64,000 nt of DNA from Dehalococcoidia bacterium (GTDB lineage: Bacteria > Chloroflexota > Dehalococcoidia > Lucifugimonadales > JAGWBF01). This document shows, piece after piece, positions 60,885 through 64,000 of the stretch (position 1 is the stretch's first letter; each line of letters opens with the position of its first letter). The stretch lies in assembly GCA_965224415.1 (NCBI GenBank), contig CBDCZB010000004.1, forward strand, positions 801,660 through 865,659, in the 5' to 3' direction. The position numbers and the translations under genes were made by a program. The notes under the pieces were generated by a model. That model did not search any database. It saw only the letters and a program-made list of their open reading frames with translations, and was not told the DNA's origin.

Positions 60885-62216
60885 CTAGCCAGGATTGGCG
60901 CTCCACACTGTGAAGTTGCCACCCAACGGCATCGGGCCACCGGATATTCCCACCTCCGGCTTCACCCCCGTGAGCTGTCTGGCCCCCGCTCGTCCCTGTA
61001 TCTGTTGCATACTGTCGGTGTGCATCCAGAACCGGCTCCGGCCTCCGCCAATGTTGCCGCCGCTCGGCAGAATAGGGTTGGGCCCTTCGATGCTGATGTC
61101 AGTCTGGTAGAAGTCCAGCGCGTCGCCAAACTTCATGCCCCGGTATCCCAAGCCTTCCACGTGGAACTGGTGGAACAGAGTAAATCCGTCGTACATGTTC
61201 TCGAAAGACAGGTCGCTGGCGGTGATTCCGGCGCCCTCGTAGAGTCTCCGTCCCGTTTTGGCGGTTTCCGCCTCCACTTCATCGAGACTGGGAAGAATGC
61301 TCCTGGGCTTAGCCTTGCTGGACACGTGGTTGAGGATGTACACGGGCTTCTGCTTCATGTCCTTGGCCCGCTCGGCCGTTGTAAACAAGTAGGCCGCAGA
61401 AGCCATGATGGGTATGTCGTTGTCGAAAAGGTTCGCTGGTTTGGCAATCCACCGGGCGCTCAGGTAGTCTTCCACTGTCAGTTCCTCGGGCCGGTGTTGG
61501 GCCCAGTATCCCTCTGGGAACAGCAGACCGTTCCGCCTGGAGTTCCGCATGAACGGGGCCATCATCTCATGGCTCTTCCCATATTTGCGGCAGTACTCGG
61601 CGAACTGGAGGGCGGTGGCGTAGCAGCCCGGCGCTCCCCAGAGCGTCCGGCCCGTCGCCGTAGCGAATGTCCCAGTAACCGAGTCCTGGGCGCTGACGCC
61701 TCCGTGGTTGTACCGGCCCTCCAAATTATGCCAACCCTTCAACACCAGGCAGGTGTTGGCCATGCCGCTGCCCACTGCTTGAGCTGCTACTACCAGGGCG
61801 TGAGACATGCACGCTGATGCGTGCATCGTGAAATTGACGTTGGTCAGCTCCGGCATGTTCTTCAATAACCACTCGGCGCTGAGCTTGGCAATTCCGTCCA
61901 AGGGGTCATTGGTCTGATTGAAGGCATTGAGCGTCTTTTCTGGTATGGGCTTGCCCTGTTCCCAGTGCGCCCCCGTGGTAGTCTCCGGGACCACCACCAT
62001 GCCGTCAACTTGGTCTGGTGTGACGCCGGCGTCCTCCATTGCTCTCCTGAGGGCCAGGATGCTCCAGGCACCCACGCTGGTCTCCGGTTCCTCGTCCCAG
62101 CGACGTGCGGTGGGAGAGTGGCCTATGCCTACCGCCGCCACCTTGCCTTTGTGTGCCCATACCCCTAATCCCTCGTCAACCCTGTACATCGATGCGTGAG
62201 GAGTCTGGGTAGTCAT
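60885..62216 (-). CDS. Thiolase-like / lipid-transfer protein (long form)
   Basis: 443 aa with VAAVGIGHSP N-terminus, a thiolase-fold middle and PSGGNIGGGRSRFWMH near the C-terminus. Preceded by a DUF35 gene on the same strand. Confidence 0.7.
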   Translation of the reverse strand: MTTQTPHASMYRVDEGLGVWAHKGKVAAVGIGHSPTARRWDEEPETSVGAWSILALRRAMEDAGVTPDQVDGMVVVPETTTGAHWEQGKPIPEKTLNAFNQTNDPLDGIAKLSAEWLLKNMPELTNVNFTMHASACMSHALVVAAQAVGSGMANTCLVLKGWHNLEGRYNHGGVSAQDSVTGTFATATGRTLWGAPGCYATALQFAEYCRKYGKSHEMMAPFMRNSRRNGLLFPEGYWAQHRPEELTVEDYLSARWIAKPANLFDNDIPIMASAAYLFTTAERAKDMKQKPVYILNHVSSKAKPRSILPSLDEVEAETAKTGRRLYEGAGITASDLSFENMYDGFTLFHQFHVEGLGYRGMKFGDALDFYQTDISIEGPNPILPSGGNIGGGRSRFWMHTDSMQQIQGRAGARQLTGVKPEVGISGGPMPLGGNFTVWSANPG

Positions 62217-62277
62217 TGTTCTCTCCTTTCTGAATCAGCCAACTTTTGTACTTACCTGTCTTAAACGTCGGGCGGCT

Positions 62278-62688
62278 CTAGCCCGCGACCTTCCACTCAG
62301 GGACCATCTGGCCGTTTGCAGTGGCCTCGAAGATGACCTCAACGGCAGCCCCCACCGGGACCTGGTCGACTGGGATCCCCGGGAGATGGGAATACATCAG
62401 GATCTCGGAATCGTCATCCAACATGATCACCGCCAGGTTGAACGGCAAGTCCTCTTTGAGCAGAGCGATGGGGCAATCGTGGACTACCCCGTAGTTGTAT
62501 ATCTTGCCCTGGCCGCTCACCTGTTTCCACTCCAGGGAGTCTCCTGACCCGCACTCGTCGCAGGCCGCCTGAGCCGGGAATTGGAGCCTGTTGCATGTAG
62601 TACAGTTCTGGATGGCCAGCCGCCCTTCGTTGGCGGCGTCCCAGAAACCCTGGGTCAACTGGTCGGGGACCACTCCTTGCTTTGTCAT
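62278..62688 (-). CDS. DUF35 Zn-ribbon/OB-fold protein
   Basis: CTTCNRLQFPAQAACDEC Zn-ribbon plus an OB segment (GQGKIYNYGV...LAVIML). Confidence 0.8.
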   Translation of the reverse strand: MTKQGVVPDQLTQGFWDAANEGRLAIQNCTTCNRLQFPAQAACDECGSGDSLEWKQVSGQGKIYNYGVVHDCPIALLKEDLPFNLAVIMLDDDSEILMYSHLPGIPVDQVPVGAAVEVIFEATANGQMVPEWKVAG

Positions 62689-62877
62689 GTCTCTCCTCTG
62701 TTTCTCGGTGTCTCTAGGGAACTGCGCCTCTTACCGCCTACAGACGTGTTTGTACACAAAGGCGACAATAGGCGAACTATGCTTCGCAACGGATTCTATC
62801 ATCGGGAAGCCGTCTGCTCAACCGTAAGCGGGTCTGGTCTGCAATATAGGCCACCCGTGCTGCCGATCCGAGAACCT

Positions 62878-63684
62878 CTACCGTCCTTTATACTCCGGGG
62901 GCCGCTTCTCAAGGAAGGACGTTGCGGCTTCCAGTCTGTCCTCGGTGTGGCGCAGCGGCAGGTTCGCGTTCATCTCACGTTCGATCACGCCCTGCAGGTC
63001 AACGTCTAGCTTGTACATAAGCTCTTTGGCGGCCCGCACTGCCAGAGGAGGATTAGAGGCGATCTCCGACGCCAGAGACATTGCCTCTTCCATCAACCCG
63101 TCTTCCGGCACAACGTCATTGACCAGCCCTTTGTCCTTGGCCCAAGCCGCTCCATACATCCGGCCCGTGAGAGTCATCTCGGCAGCCACTCCGAAACCCA
63201 CCAACTGAGGAAGAGTGTACGAGGCGGCGGTGTCGGGCATCAGTGAGCGCTTGATGAATATGGAAGAAAACCGGGCAGTCTCTGAGGCGACACGTATGTC
63301 GCAGGCCAGGGCCAGCGCCAGGCCTGCTCCCGCAGCCACTCCGTTGACTGCGGCTATGGTCGCCTGAGGCAGACTGCGAAGCCGGGGCGCAAGCGCCGTT
63401 ATGCTCACGGTTCTTGGAGCATGAATCCGGCCCGGAGGAGGCTGCTCTCCGCCTCCGTCCAATGACGCCCGCTGTTCCACCACGTCGGCCCCGGAGCAGA
63501 AGCCCCTTCCCGTGCCAGTGATGATGATCGAGCGCACGTCGGGGAACTGGGCCTCGATGCCGTCCAGGACGACGTGGAACTCTGTGGTCATGGCATGGCT
63601 GAGAGCGTTCAGCCTATCCGGCCTGTTCAAGGTCACGGTGGAAACGTGGTCGGACGTCTCCACGATAAAGAACTCATAGCTCAT
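62878..63684 (-). CDS. Enoyl-CoA hydratase/isomerase (crotonase) family protein
   Basis: VSTVTLNRPDRLNAL, ITGTGRGFCSGADV oxyanion-hole motif, AAVNGVAAGAGLALALACD. Confidence 0.85.
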   Translation of the reverse strand: MSYEFFIVETSDHVSTVTLNRPDRLNALSHAMTTEFHVVLDGIEAQFPDVRSIIITGTGRGFCSGADVVEQRASLDGGGEQPPPGRIHAPRTVSITALAPRLRSLPQATIAAVNGVAAGAGLALALACDIRVASETARFSSIFIKRSLMPDTAASYTLPQLVGFGVAAEMTLTGRMYGAAWAKDKGLVNDVVPEDGLMEEAMSLASEIASNPPLAVRAAKELMYKLDVDLQGVIEREMNANLPLRHTEDRLEAATSFLEKRPPEYKGR

Positions 63685-63924
63685 TGCGGCGTCCTCTGTG
63701 CTGCTGCCCGTCAGCCATATTCTCCCGATTCTCAGGAATGATAGCCCCGCAGGAAGAGCGGGTCAACGCCATCTATTCGTCAACCGTCCCCAAACAATTT
63801 ACAATGAAAACCAAAGCGGTGAGCCCAACGAGAAATGGGAACGGGATTGCCGGAGCCGTTCCCCGAGGGCTGGCGGGGTATCGAATGACCCCGTTGAGAT
63901 GCCCGGTGCGATGAAGGAGGGACC

Positions 63925-64000
63925 ATGCCCCAGGAGTTTGTGAAGGCGGCAGAGGTCGGGGACCTAAAACCCGGTCAAATGAAACTGGTGAGAATCGCTG
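63925..64000 (+). CDS. 5' end of an ORF running off the window (N-terminus reminiscent of Rieske-type ferredoxin domains)
   Basis: GAAGGAGGG RBS, ATG 63925, MPQEFVKAAEVGDLKPGQMKLVRIA.... Only 25 codons are visible, so the product is a guess. Confidence 0.3.
   Translation, partial: MPQEFVKAAEVGDLKPGQMKLVRIA

Noticed and set aside
1-64000. Scan for CRISPR arrays, rRNA genes, tmRNA/RNase P and riboswitch-like leaders
   Set aside because: I saw no regularly spaced short repeats and no rRNA-like stretches. The longer intergenic regions (48874..49135, 50513..50665, 52649..52920, 31548..31803) showed no structure I could recognise by eye. Covariance-model searches would be needed to exclude small ncRNAs.

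Overview
This is a GC-rich (by eye) bacterial chromosomal segment. The gene content fits an aerobic heterotroph with expanded catabolic paralogue families, which resembles Chloroflexota/SAR202-type genomes; that placement is inference only and was not searched.

Core genes:
- metal ABC permease, gamma-glutamyltransferase and minCDE
- a tRNA cluster (Leu-TAA, Cys-GCA, Leu-GAG)
- three luciferase-like (LLM) flavin monooxygenase paralogues
- a large acyl-CoA catabolic block: split MaoC hydratase, three thiolase-like/DUF35 pairs, three tandem acyl-CoA dehydrogenase paralogues and a crotonase
- a fatty-acid desaturase, trxA and tatB-like/tatC plus a second tatA
- an lpdA-E1alpha-E1beta-E2 2-oxoacid dehydrogenase operon
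- a ThDP enzyme, SMP-30 and beta-propeller lactonases, an MDR dehydrogenase, ilvA and an ABC-F ATPase

Most notable observations:
1. There is a clear tRNA-Sec (selC, anticodon UCA, 8-bp acceptor stem). There is also a glutaredoxin-like/DinB fusion gene whose true 5' end appears to contain an in-frame UGA exactly at the first position of the CxxC motif (UFSC), followed by a small hairpin. This is a probable mis-annotated selenoprotein.
2. A more AT-rich two-gene cassette (three-Cys Gp37/Gp68-type DUF5131 protein plus its TcmP partner) lies between the tat genes. Its function is unknown.
3. An AT-richer islet carries divergent Schlafen/AlbA_2-like and NYN-nuclease genes.
4. Two small insertions are each bracketed by a duplicated 3' end of the upstream gene (minE, and an LLM gene).
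5. One open frame fuses an m5U RNA methyltransferase to a Maf pyrophosphatase.
6. A decayed integrative island sits at tRNA-Asn. It carries a broken large serine recombinase, an IS1182-family element, a HigBA-like pair and a truncated DUF262 gene.
7. A 945-aa N6-methyltransferase fusion protein has an IS630 element inserted just upstream of its start.

I saw no rRNA genes and no CRISPR array. All family assignments come from motif recognition by eye, not from database searches.
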